Source: Alphaproteobacteria bacterium
GTDB lineage: Bacteria > Pseudomonadota > Alphaproteobacteria > Micropepsales > Micropepsaceae
DNA length: 64,000 bases
Assembly: GCA_031413635.1 (NCBI GenBank)
Contig: JANOFM010000298.1
Coordinates: 1,107 to 65,106, forward strand
Direction of reading: 5' to 3'
Shown here piece after piece: positions 53,398-62,855 of the stretch; position 1 is the stretch's first letter; each line of letters begins with the position of its first letter. Made by a program: the position numbers and the translations under genes. Below the pieces are notes generated by a model, which saw only the letters and a program-made list of their open reading frames with translations, was not told the DNA's origin and did no database searches.

Positions 53398-53924
53398 GCC
53401 AAGCAAACCGCATCGAAAAAGCGCCCGACGCATTCCGCACCATTTCCGAGGTCTCGGAAACGCTCGACGTCCCTCAACACGTGCTGCGTTTCTGGGAGGC
53501 TAAGTTCACCCAAGTCAAGCCGCTCAAGCGCGCCGGTGGCCGCCGTTACTACCGCCCGGAAGATATCGATCTCCTCAAAGGCGTACGCGGTCTTCTCTAC
53601 AACGAAGGCTTTACGATCAAGGGCGTGCAGAAAGTCCTGCGCGAGCAAGGCGCCAAGCACGTCGCCGAAATCGGCCGCAGCGGCGTGAAAGCGGCCAACG
53701 CCAAACGCGACCTCGCACCGGAGGATGTGGCACCCATGCCTGCGCCCTTGTTCGGGCGCGCCTCGATGCCATTGGTCGAACATGTCAATATGACCTCCGA
53801 CGAGCCCAGCGACAAAATTCTCGCCGAACAACGCGAGCGCTTGGAGGGCGTGCTCGACGATTTGCTCGGCCTGCGCGACTTGCTGAAACGCCGCCCAAAA
53901 ACGAAGGCTGTCGCGGCGGAGTGA
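53394..53924 (+). CDS. MerR family transcriptional regulator
   Basis: ATGA overlap with ihfA, and the Mer[26 protein letters not shown]. Confidence 0.85.
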   Translation: MSQANRIEKAPDAFRTISEVSETLDVPQHVLRFWEAKFTQVKPLKRAGGRRYYRPEDIDLLKGVRGLLYNEGFTIKGVQKVLREQGAKHVAEIGRSGVKAANAKRDLAPEDVAPMPAPLFGRASMPLVEHVNMTSDEPSDKILAEQRERLEGVLDDLLGLRDLLKRRPKTKAVAAE

Positions 53925-53949
53925 TCCAGAAAGCGGTAGGTGCGTCGTA

Positions 53950-54300
53950 GTGCTTTACGCCATCGTCAAAGCCGCGCTATCGGGCGTGATTGTTCTGATC
54001 GTTTCGGAAGTCGCCAAGCGCTATCCCGGCTGGGGCGGTATGATTGCGTCGCTGCCCCTAATTTCGATTCTCGGCATCGTTTGGCTGTGGAACGACACCG
54101 GCGACAATGATCGCATCGCGCGCCACGCCGAAGCGACGTTCTGGTTTGTCTTGCCGTCGCTCCCCATGTTTCTCCTATTTCCAGCCCTACTGCGTTGGAA
54201 CATCGCATTCTGGCCCGCATTGGCAGCCTCCTGCCTCCTCACCGTGGTGCTGTACGCGTTGATGCTGTGGTTGCTGCCCAAGTTCGGGATCGCGCTGTAG
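53950..54300 (+). CDS. DUF3147-like small membrane protein
   Basis: 4-TM, 116-aa protein whose pattern matches my recollection of DUF3147. Confidence 0.6.
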   Translation: MLYAIVKAALSGVIVLIVSEVAKRYPGWGGMIASLPLISILGIVWLWNDTGDNDRIARHAEATFWFVLPSLPMFLLFPALLRWNIAFWPALAASCLLTVVLYALMLWLLPKFGIAL

Positions 54301-54393
54301 CGGGCGATTGCTTTGCCAGGCGCACCGCGCCTATAGTGCCGCCCCCAACGGGACCCGCCCCCAAGATTTGCACGCGGGTACTTCACCAAGTGT

Positions 54394-54470
54394 CGGAGCG
54401 TAGCGCAGCCTGGTAGCGCATCAGTCTGGGGGACTGGGGGTCGCAGGTTCAAATCCTGTCGCTCCGACCA
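54394..54470 (+). tRNA. tRNA-Pro (anticodon GGG)
   Basis: I folded the cloverleaf by hand. The acceptor is CGGAGCG/CGCTCCG and the D stem is GCGC/GCGC. The anticodon stem TCAGT/ACTGG carries the loop CTGGGGG. The T arm is GCAGG-TTCAAAT-CCTGT, and the CCA end is encoded. Confidence 0.9.
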
Positions 54471-54558
54471 ACACTTTCAAGAAATTTCAGGCAAACGCGC
54501 GACCAGCCGCCACGGTGCGCACAGAGTTCGGCGTCGACGGGCACGCACTGTCGAGCGC

Positions 54559-55773
54559 CTATCGAGAGTGGTGAACATTTACGGAAATCGCCCGTTCGTA
54601 GATGGCGATCAAATCCAAGTAGTTCCGCTCGGCCGTGTAACGCTCTTCGAACGCGGCCCGGGCCGCTTTGCCCATGTTTGCCAATTGATCCGGATGTTCG
54701 ATCGCCCAGCGCGCTTTTGCGTTGAGGTCTTGGGCGTCCATCGGTGTGAAGGTCTGACCTGCCGCTCCATCTTGCAGCAAACTGGAAAGGCCCCCGAGGT
54801 CGCTCGCAAGCACCGGCAGGCCGTTCGAGAAGGCCTCGACAATCGTCATTGGAAACATCTCGTAGCAAATCGAGGGCAGGACCAGGAACGACGCCCGTCT
54901 CATCTCCTCATTCACTTGATCGCGGCTGAGCCGGCCGAGGCAAGTGATGTTCTTGCTCGACGCAGCCTCGCACATCTCCCTCAGCGGGCCGTCCCCGGCG
55001 ATGCGCAATGGATAGTCCAAGCTGCGCCAAGCCGAGAGCAATACGGCGATTCCTTTCTCGTCGCTCAACCGGCCAACGTACAGTGCGCCATGCCTTGGCG
55101 TGTTGTCCACATTCAAGCCGGTCGACGGGTCGGCGACGGCGTTGCCCATGACGACGATTTGATCGGCCGCAAGACCGCCTTCGATGAATTTCGCTTTGGC
55201 AAAATCGGTGAGCGCGATGAACAGATCGACTTTTCGCCGCCACGTGCCGGCACATTTGTGGAAGTCGACCATGCAAACAAGAGGCAAGGTTGCAAGAAAG
55301 GACGCACGATAGACGCGATGCCACAGGGCCCAAATTGCCGAGTGCTTAAGACTGCGCTCGCGGATTCGGCCGTTGTGATAGAGAATTGCCGTCGGGCACA
55401 TGATGCGAAAGTTATGCAGCGTCATGACGGACGGGACGCCCGCGTCGCGGCACGCGTCGAATATCGCCGGCGACAATTGCGGGAAGAAATTGTGTACGTG
55501 CACGACGTCCGGACGGAACTGGCGCACCCGATCGGCTAAGGCCGCCGCCGCCCAGGGGTTGTGCACGGTCAGCACGGCGGTGGTTGCCTTGCGCCAGGCG
55601 CCGCGAATTGAATCGTTGGTCACCGAGAAGAGGTCGACATCGTGGCCCTTGGCCCTCAACAGGTCGCGCTCTTGCTCAACGACGACATCCTCGCCGCCGC
55701 GCTGTTGATAGTAGTTGTGAACAAGCAGAATGCGCACGAGCAAATGTTCGGGCCAGCGGTTGATACAGGACAC
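54559..55773 (-). CDS. Glycosyltransferase family 4 (GT-B)
   Basis: ILLVHNYYQQRGGED N-terminus and a C-terminal E-x7-E-like region (PSICYEMFPMTIVEAFSNGLPVL). A GTG at 55737 is a plausible alternative start. Confidence 0.85.
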   Translation of the reverse strand: MSCINRWPEHLLVRILLVHNYYQQRGGEDVVVEQERDLLRAKGHDVDLFSVTNDSIRGAWRKATTAVLTVHNPWAAAALADRVRQFRPDVVHVHNFFPQLSPAIFDACRDAGVPSVMTLHNFRIMCPTAILYHNGRIRERSLKHSAIWALWHRVYRASFLATLPLVCMVDFHKCAGTWRRKVDLFIALTDFAKAKFIEGGLAADQIVVMGNAVADPSTGLNVDNTPRHGALYVGRLSDEKGIAVLLSAWRSLDYPLRIAGDGPLREMCEAASSKNITCLGRLSRDQVNEEMRRASFLVLPSICYEMFPMTIVEAFSNGLPVLASDLGGLSSLLQDGAAGQTFTPMDAQDLNAKARWAIEHPDQLANMGKAARAAFEERYTAERNYLDLIAIYERAISVNVHHSR

Positions 55774-55965
55774 ACTGCCAATTACTAAGCGCGGCGCAAG
55801 CCCATTCTCCGGCGAACGGGCGCAGCGACTTCGAGCGCATCAGCGGGTCCGCGTGCCCGCATTGCGGCCGGCACATAGCGGAAGCTGGGTCTTGCCGTTG
55901 TGGAGGAAAGTGATGACATTGCTGTGCAACAGTGGCGAATCGGTTTTCAAATTCGGTCAATTCGG

Positions 55966-56739
55966 ATGAAACGCAAGCTCATCGTAACGACCTCTTGGGA
56001 CGATGGGCATCCGGCGGATATCAGGCTGGCGGAACTGCTCGCGACGTACGGTGTGGCAGGGACATTTTATATTCCGAACCGGAATTCGGAAGGCCGCCCC
56101 GTCGTGAAGGAAAGCGAACTTAGGCAGCTTTCGGCAGGCTTTGAAATCGGCGGGCATAGCATCGATCACGTCGTACTGACCGACCTGAATCGCGAGCAGG
56201 CCGAGCGTCAAATTGGCGACAACAAGCGCTGGCTTGAAGATGCGACGAGCAAGCCGGTGCGTGGCTTCTGTTACGTGCGCGGGCGCTACAATCGCACCGT
56301 CACGGATATCGTAAAGCGAGCGGGCTTCGATTATGCGCGTACCGTGGAAAACCTCCATGCCGGCGTGACCCACGATCCATTTGAAATGCCGACAACGATC
56401 CAGCTATTTCCGCACAACAAGTTCACCTACATAAAGAATTTCAGCCGGGGTCGATTGGCGTTCACGCGCGCGAGGTTATTGTGGACAACGCTGGCGTCGA
56501 GGAATCTTGCGGATCGGATCGGCCGCTTAATCGACGTTTGTGAAGACACCGGAGGATGCTTCCATCTATGGGGCCATTCCTGGGAGATCGACGAACAGAA
56601 CCTGTGGAACGATTTGGAAACCATTCTGCGCCGCCTGTCCGCTAGGAAGGCCTCGACCGATTTTCTGACGAACTATCAGGTCCAGTCCAGATCTGTGGTC
56701 CGCAACCCTCATACGGCGCCGACGCGGGCGCCCGCATAG
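55966..56739 (+). CDS. Polysaccharide deacetylase (CE4) family protein
   Basis: The SWDDGHPADIRLAELL...GTFY and GGHSIDH motifs are NodB-like. The ATG at 55966 is in frame with ORF 55900..56739. Confidence 0.8.
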   Translation: MKRKLIVTTSWDDGHPADIRLAELLATYGVAGTFYIPNRNSEGRPVVKESELRQLSAGFEIGGHSIDHVVLTDLNREQAERQIGDNKRWLEDATSKPVRGFCYVRGRYNRTVTDIVKRAGFDYARTVENLHAGVTHDPFEMPTTIQLFPHNKFTYIKNFSRGRLAFTRARLLWTTLASRNLADRIGRLIDVCEDTGGCFHLWGHSWEIDEQNLWNDLETILRRLSARKASTDFLTNYQVQSRSVVRNPHTAPTRAPA

Positions 56740-57011
56740 CACGGGACCAGTTGCATGAAGCCTCCGTCGGCTTGGCCCTACCGCTCGCCCCGTCATCGTC
56801 ACCGGTGCCGAACTGCTGGTAGCTAAACTGCCATCCCCGTCATTTTCGTGTTTATTAGCCATGCTTAACGGCAGCGCCGAGCCGCCTCCGCCCACTCATG
56901 TATTTTCACTCGAGATCAGCGTGAATTTCTTCAGCTTGGCCCGGGATATTGGCCCGTTCTGTTTAAATTGACGGTTCCGGAGATAAGTTGCGTCTCTCTA
57001 AGGGGCGGTGG

Positions 57012-58148
57012 ATGCGGCGCACTGACATAGCGATTATCGGCGGTGGACTGGCAGGGTCGATGGCCGCGGCGATGCTGGCGCGGGCGGACCGCGACTTCGT
57101 CATCATTGATCCGGACAAGGTCTATCCGTGGGATTTTCGTTGCGAGAAACTCGACTCCTCCCAAATCGTTACCCTGCGAAAAGCAGGGCTTGCCGACATT
57201 GTTCTTCCTGCGGCGACACCCATCGATCATTTGTGGATCGCTCGATTGGGGCGGTTCGTGCACAAGCGACGGAACGAGCAATTCGGGATCTACTACGATG
57301 TGCTCGTCAACAGGCTTCGCGCCGAGATTCCGCCAACGCGGTTTTTCCAGGGCAAAGTCGCCTCGATCACGACCTCATCCGACCGGCAGACCATTTGTCT
57401 CTCCCATGGAGAGGAAATTTCGGCCCGCCTGATCGTTCTCGCGACCGGCCTGAACAATTCCCTGCGTAAATCCCTAGGTATCGAGCGGCAAGTCGTGAGT
57501 CCGGATCATTCGATAAGCATCGGTTTCGACATGAAGCCCGTCGGGAAACCGAAATTCGATTTCACTGCTCTGACATACTTTCCAGATCGCCCCAGCGATC
57601 CGATCGCCTACCTGACTCTATTCCCGATCGGATCCGCGATGCGCGCCAATCTTTTCGTGTATTACGACATGCGCGATCCGTGGCTCGCACAGTTCCGATC
57701 GGTGCCACTAGCGTCGAGTTTTGCGGCCATGCCGGGATTGCACTCAGTGTTGGGCGATTTCGAGGTCATAAGTCCGATCAAAATCAGGCCGGTCGACCTC
57801 TACGTGACCACCGGCTATCGGCAATCGGGTGTCGTGCTCGTCGGGGATGCGTTTGCAACCTCTTGCCCGGCGGCCGGGACCGGCGCCAACAAGGTGTTCA
57901 CCGATGTCGAGCGCTTGTGTAACGCTTACATACCGCGATGGCTTGCGCTCGGCGGTATGGGCACGGAGAAGATAGGCGAGTTCTACGACGACCCCTACAA
58001 ACGCGCATCCGACGCCCATTCGATGGCGAAGGCGCGCTGGCTCCGGTCGATTTCGACCAATCGAAGCCTTCCTTGGCGAGTCCGCCGGTTGATCAAGGTG
58101 GTCGGTGGGTTCGGGCGCGGGGTGCTGGAACAGCGACGCGCAAGCTGA
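57012..58148 (+). CDS. FAD-dependent oxidoreductase/monooxygenase (geranylgeranyl-reductase/UbiH-like fold)
   Basis: DIAIIGGGLAGSMAA dinucleotide-binding motif at the N-terminus and GDAF...P..G.G near residue 290. The ATG at 57012 has an AAGGGG Shine-Dalgarno. Confidence 0.8.
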   Translation: MRRTDIAIIGGGLAGSMAAAMLARADRDFVIIDPDKVYPWDFRCEKLDSSQIVTLRKAGLADIVLPAATPIDHLWIARLGRFVHKRRNEQFGIYYDVLVNRLRAEIPPTRFFQGKVASITTSSDRQTICLSHGEEISARLIVLATGLNNSLRKSLGIERQVVSPDHSISIGFDMKPVGKPKFDFTALTYFPDRPSDPIAYLTLFPIGSAMRANLFVYYDMRDPWLAQFRSVPLASSFAAMPGLHSVLGDFEVISPIKIRPVDLYVTTGYRQSGVVLVGDAFATSCPAAGTGANKVFTDVERLCNAYIPRWLALGGMGTEKIGEFYDDPYKRASDAHSMAKARWLRSISTNRSLPWRVRRLIKVVGGFGRGVLEQRRAS

Positions 58149-58171
58149 ACGAGAACGCGCATTCGCGCTGG

Positions 58172-59323
58172 TTACGTTTGATTGAGCCGCCGGACAAGAG
58201 ACCTGCGCAGGGACTCCGGCAATTTCCGCGACAGCCGCCTGGCCGCAGGCATAAACCGGTGCGTTAGATTTATCGCCAATCGCCCTCTCATGCTGAACGG
58301 CATCACCATCGTCTCGACTTGCTTGACCTGGCCGTTCCATTCGAGCTTGTCGCTGCTCGCAGGCGACATGAGTTCCAGAACTTTGAGCCCGCGACCGAAG
58401 CACGCTTCGATGACCATTTTGTAGAGCTGTCGGCCGGGGCTGAACTCGTCGTATTCGGGATTCTTCGACGTCATATAAGCATAGAATTTTCCCGCATATG
58501 CAAAGCCCAATTGCCCGGCAATTGACCTCTGTTTGGTCGTCAGCGAGAACGCGAGCGACTCGATGCCTTCGGCGTGAACGAGCCCAATAATTAGCGGCTT
58601 GAAGGCGTCGTCTCGAAATGCCGGACTGGTTCGTCCGTTGCGCTGCAGCCATTGCAGCCGCGTCTCGAAAATCTCGCCCAGCAATGGCCCGATCTGCGCT
58701 CGCTCGCCCATCATGTGTTCGATCTGATGCGCCTGTCGCATCTTGTCCGCCCGCTTTCTCAGGACTTTGCGGGTTGAGCTCTTGATGGTCTGCTCGAAAG
58801 CTTGGAACGACGGGTAAGGTCGCAGATCGGCGACGACCGCTTGCGAATTTGACGCCGCTGCCGCGCCGTGCCGCGACAACGCCGCGTGCAGCTCGGAGCC
58901 GACGATCACGCCTTCAATCTGCAAACCATCGGCGCGCCTGCGCAGCTCGGCAAGGATTGCGGCGATCCCCGGTGCGACGTCGGCGGCATCGTGAAACGAC
59001 ACCCCCGCCAACTGCCCGAACGGATCGTCGAGGCTACGTGCCATCCACGCGCCCGCGCTGCGCATCAAGGCGAGCGGCCATAGACCGATCAGGTCGCCGC
59101 CGCGCCAGACCGTTGCGACCAGCAGCTTGTAGCGAGTCCGCGAGTACCGCGAGCGCACGCCGGCAACATGACGATTCCATGCATAAGACTGGAAGAACGG
59201 CGCGTCGTGGTCGCTCTCGCGGCGGTTGAGAATCTCCCACCGTTCGGCAAGCGGCGCCAGTTCGGCGAGATCGCTCTTGAACTCGACGCGCAAGCGTTCG
59301 GATCGTGGCTCTTGCCGGGTCAT
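58172..59323 (-). CDS. CelD/BioF2-like GNAT-fold acyltransferase (FemAB-like)
   Basis: The W..L......PFQSYAWNR N-terminal pattern and roughly 380-aa size are typical of the cellulose-biosynthesis CelD-like family. Confidence 0.75.
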   Translation of the reverse strand: MTRQEPRSERLRVEFKSDLAELAPLAERWEILNRRESDHDAPFFQSYAWNRHVAGVRSRYSRTRYKLLVATVWRGGDLIGLWPLALMRSAGAWMARSLDDPFGQLAGVSFHDAADVAPGIAAILAELRRRADGLQIEGVIVGSELHAALSRHGAAAASNSQAVVADLRPYPSFQAFEQTIKSSTRKVLRKRADKMRQAHQIEHMMGERAQIGPLLGEIFETRLQWLQRNGRTSPAFRDDAFKPLIIGLVHAEGIESLAFSLTTKQRSIAGQLGFAYAGKFYAYMTSKNPEYDEFSPGRQLYKMVIEACFGRGLKVLELMSPASSDKLEWNGQVKQVETMVMPFSMRGRLAINLTHRFMPAARRLSRKLPESLRRSLVRRLNQT

Positions 59324-59663
59324 TGGCGCAGATTCATCTTCGCAACTTTTGTGCCTTCAGAGTCCGATTGCACGCCAGCGCGGGACCGGTGCCTTGATTC
59401 TGTTAACACTATCGACACACCGATTGCGATATCAAGTACGGCTTGAGCTATCGGTGAGGTGCCCCTGCCGAGACGCTGTCGGTATGTTCGCGTTCCCTCA
59501 TGCGTTGAGGAGAAGCGTCGTGTAATCTACCACGAATGAGTACCATCAAGATGATTCTTAGTCCTTGTTCCCTTATTCGATTTCTCGCCTATCACAGTCT
59601 CGGCCCGGCGTGACGAGTGGTGGTTCCTATCGGCGTGCGAAACGCAGATAGGCTTGGAGCGCG

Positions 59664-61049
59664 GTGAGTGTCATGAGTTTTCCCGCCTCCCGATTGAATC
59701 TGACACTTGTCATTGTATCGCTCTACATGGTGTTGGATGCGGCATTCATGCTTGTCCGCGTTCCGCCGGGCACCGTCACCAGCGTCCCGACCGGCGAACT
59801 GCTTATCGTCTTCTTTTTTCTTTCGCTGCCTCGGGACCTCGACTTCATCAATCCGTTTTTTCGCTCCGTCCCCTTTGTACCGCTCGTGATATGGTGGCTC
59901 GTCGGGGTCACCCAGCTATGTATAGGCATTGCCGAGTATGGCTTCTGGGCTCTTCGCGACGCAACAAGTCTCGTTGAGTCGCTCTTCTTGTGGATCGGAT
60001 TTGTCGTGGCCGCCGTGCCCGGCGCAGTACCGAAGATAATTGTCTGGTTCCGGCGCATCTTGGTCTTGTCGGCTTTGATCGTTCTGACCTATCCGTTTCG
60101 CGACTTTCTGGCGACCATTTCGCCGGCGATCATGTCGGTGCACATGAAACCGGCGCCCCTGTTTTTCACGTATAGCTTGACCCCCATCGTGTCGTTGGTG
60201 ACTGCGTTGTGGCTTTTTGTCAGCGACATTCGGTTTGCCGGTCTACGGTCGTCATGGCTCGCAGGCTTGCTCCTCATTTTCGTCGCGGCGCTTATTCAGC
60301 AACGCACCATCTATCTTCAGATATTGTTTCTATTCGTACTTCTAGCGGCGACGAAGCCTGCGAATGCCCTGAGGGTGGTTGGTCCCGTGCTTGCCGGGAT
60401 TGCGGTGCTCGTGGCGGTGCTGGCTCTTGGTGTGCCGATTCCGGGCCGCGTGAGCGCCGATGTTTCGCTCAACTTCTACCTCCAACACTTTTTGGCGATC
60501 GGGGGAACGGATGGTGGAGGCACATGGGAGAGCGACGCAGTGCGCGGGGCGGCTGGCGGAGTTAATCAACGGTTTCTGTGGTGGTCGGTTATTTGGGAGA
60601 ACGTCACAAGTACGTGGACGCGGGCATTGTTCGGATTGGGTTATGGCATTTCCATGGTAGCGCTAGCAAACGACCCAACGATCGATTCGGCCGTGCGCGA
60701 GCCGCACAACTCCTTGGTTTCCGCACTGGGACGGACTGGGTTTATTGGACTGGTGTCCTATGTATGGCTCCATGTCGCTTTGGCCATTACCGCCGTTCGC
60801 ACCTATGCAGCCTACAGAGCAAAAGGATTTGACGAGACGTCGCAGTGGATTTTTCTGTTGGGCGCGATGTTTGCGTTGTTCTGGATCGCGGCGATCGGCG
60901 AAGACGCGTTCGAGAAGCCGTTCATCGCCATACCATACTATTTCTACTTCGGTGTCGTTTTGAACTTGTGGTATCGCGACGCCTACGCACCGCGAAGTCG
61001 AGCAACGAAGGACAGTCCGATTTTCGCCGTGAGGAATTCGGGCGGTTGA
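59664..61049 (+). CDS. O-antigen ligase/polymerase (Wzy_C domain) family membrane protein
   Basis: More than 10 TM segments and a periplasmic loop REPHNSLVSALGRTGFIGL. An alternative ATG exists at 59673. Confidence 0.8.
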   Translation: MSVMSFPASRLNLTLVIVSLYMVLDAAFMLVRVPPGTVTSVPTGELLIVFFFLSLPRDLDFINPFFRSVPFVPLVIWWLVGVTQLCIGIAEYGFWALRDATSLVESLFLWIGFVVAAVPGAVPKIIVWFRRILVLSALIVLTYPFRDFLATISPAIMSVHMKPAPLFFTYSLTPIVSLVTALWLFVSDIRFAGLRSSWLAGLLLIFVAALIQQRTIYLQILFLFVLLAATKPANALRVVGPVLAGIAVLVAVLALGVPIPGRVSADVSLNFYLQHFLAIGGTDGGGTWESDAVRGAAGGVNQRFLWWSVIWENVTSTWTRALFGLGYGISMVALANDPTIDSAVREPHNSLVSALGRTGFIGLVSYVWLHVALAITAVRTYAAYRAKGFDETSQWIFLLGAMFALFWIAAIGEDAFEKPFIAIPYYFYFGVVLNLWYRDAYAPRSRATKDSPIFAVRNSGG

Positions 61050-61065
61050 TGGGTGCCGTGGCGTC

Positions 61066-62358
61066 CTAACCGGAAGGGTAGGGGCGCGCGGCAGCTCTCT
61101 TCCGCAACAGCAAAGCCAACTGGCTTGTGAGCAGAATGCGCGCAACAAGCAACGTCGAAAGCCCCCCCATCACTCCCCATGCCTGAGTGGGAGACCACAC
61201 AAACACGAGCGCGAACGCCGCGACCGCCGCTTGTGCGACGAACGCTCCGCGCATGGATTCCAGTGCGCGAAGGCCGGCAGTTACCGCCATTGTCACGTGC
61301 ACCAGGGCTTGATGTGTGCCCAAGATCGCAAGAATAAACAGCGCGTCGGGGAAACCGCCCTTGAACATCAACATCAAAATCGGGTCGACAAACACCATCA
61401 ACAGCACAACGACCGCGAAGATGCCGGCCACGCCGTAGAATGAAACATCAGCGACGTATCTCAGCAGCGCTTTGCCCCCACCTTGCACGAGCGCCTTCGT
61501 TGCCGCGGATGGCACGAAATTTTCCAGGGATTGAAGCAGCAGGTTGACGACGAGGACCACGCTTTGCACCGCTCTTACGCCGCCCAGCTGTGCTGGTCCC
61601 AGGAGGCCCCCGATCACCAGCAGGAAAAAGTCGCTGTCCGAAAACCAGCCGACAATCTTGTTGCCAACCAACCAACCGGCGATCTTCCTGTGGCGGTCAG
61701 TGACCCTTTTGATCGCCAGCCACGTCGTATCCAATTCGATGAGATCGGGGATCATCAGAGCAAGCGCCGCAACGCTGGTTGCAATAATCGCGATCCATAC
61801 CAGGTCGATTGTGAGAAAGCCGCCGGCAGCCATGAACCCAAGGACGACAAGGCGGGCGCCATAGGCGATGATGTCGCTCGCAAAGGCACGAACGGGCCGC
61901 TCGGTCACGTAGAAGAAACGCCGGGATAGATCTTGGAGCTGGGTGCTGATCGCCAGCAGCGTCACAAGGAGAAAGTCGATGGACTCCGTTAAGGTGACAA
62001 GCCGGCTGAAAAAAATCGACACGAGAAACACGATGACGATTACCATGGCGCCACAAAGGCCTTGATGAAGCAAGAGCGCGGCCAGATAGCTGGAGCGCGA
62101 GACGTCGCCGCGCTGGTCGTACAGGCTCATCATCGGACCTAGAATTGCTGCGCTCTGGAGTCCGGCGAGGAACTGAACGCCGATGATGATCATTGAAAAG
62201 ACACCGAACTCTTGTAGTCCGAGCGCGCGCACCAACAACACGGTTGTAAGAAAATTAACGCCGCTGACGAGAATTTGGTCGATGAAGGACCAGCGCGCCC
62301 GTTCGGGAATGCGAACGAATGGCACCATGACTAATTGAAGGATGCGACCGAGATTCAT
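61066..62358 (-). CDS. Oligosaccharide/polysaccharide flippase (Wzx, MOP superfamily)
   Basis: 430-aa protein with 12-14 TM segments and the Wzx-like N-terminus ILVSGVNFLTTVLLVRALGLQEFG. Confidence 0.8.
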   Translation of the reverse strand: MNLGRILQLVMVPFVRIPERARWSFIDQILVSGVNFLTTVLLVRALGLQEFGVFSMIIIGVQFLAGLQSAAILGPMMSLYDQRGDVSRSSYLAALLLHQGLCGAMVIVIVFLVSIFFSRLVTLTESIDFLLVTLLAISTQLQDLSRRFFYVTERPVRAFASDIIAYGARLVVLGFMAAGGFLTIDLVWIAIIATSVAALALMIPDLIELDTTWLAIKRVTDRHRKIAGWLVGNKIVGWFSDSDFFLLVIGGLLGPAQLGGVRAVQSVVLVVNLLLQSLENFVPSAATKALVQGGGKALLRYVADVSFYGVAGIFAVVVLLMVFVDPILMLMFKGGFPDALFILAILGTHQALVHVTMAVTAGLRALESMRGAFVAQAAVAAFALVFVWSPTQAWGVMGGLSTLLVARILLTSQLALLLRKRAAARPYPSG

Positions 62359-62855
62359 GTGTCGCGCCCCTTGTTGCTGGAAGGTATCTCTTTCATCGAC
62401 CTTTGTGACAAGACTTGGATACCTCCGAAGCCATCTTCGCTGGTGTCGATCTCATTGTTGCGGAAACTCCCGGGGACGCACTGCCTACTTTCTGGCTCGA
62501 TATAGCGAGAGATTTTCATGAAGTCGGCGCCGCCCAAGTCGAGAAGTCAGGTCCGGAGTATTGGCGCGAGCGAACAATTTCCCGATAAGTTCGCCAGCAT
62601 AATCTCTGGCGCGAAGTCGGTGCATTTGAAACGCTTTGTTCGTCGCGATCAAGCGTGCGCGATTGGCGGCGCCAAGGGGAGGCGGATTAACGATTTCGCC
62701 GCGAGTTTCGAGCTATCCTGGCCAAGCGACTCTCCATCCGAATCGGATAAGACACCCGTCTTTTAATATCTCCACGAAGCAGATAAGTGTTCGCCACCCG
62801 CGCTCGTTCACGATCCCTTGGTCCGGCACCTCAATCGAATCTGAGATAGAAGCGA

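Noticed and set aside
54471-54558. An att site or integrase remnant directly downstream of tRNA-Pro.
   Set aside because: Only 88 bp separate the tRNA from the GT4 gene's 3' end. I found no repeat of the tRNA 3' half anywhere in 54.5-64 kb by eye, and no recombinase-like ORF.
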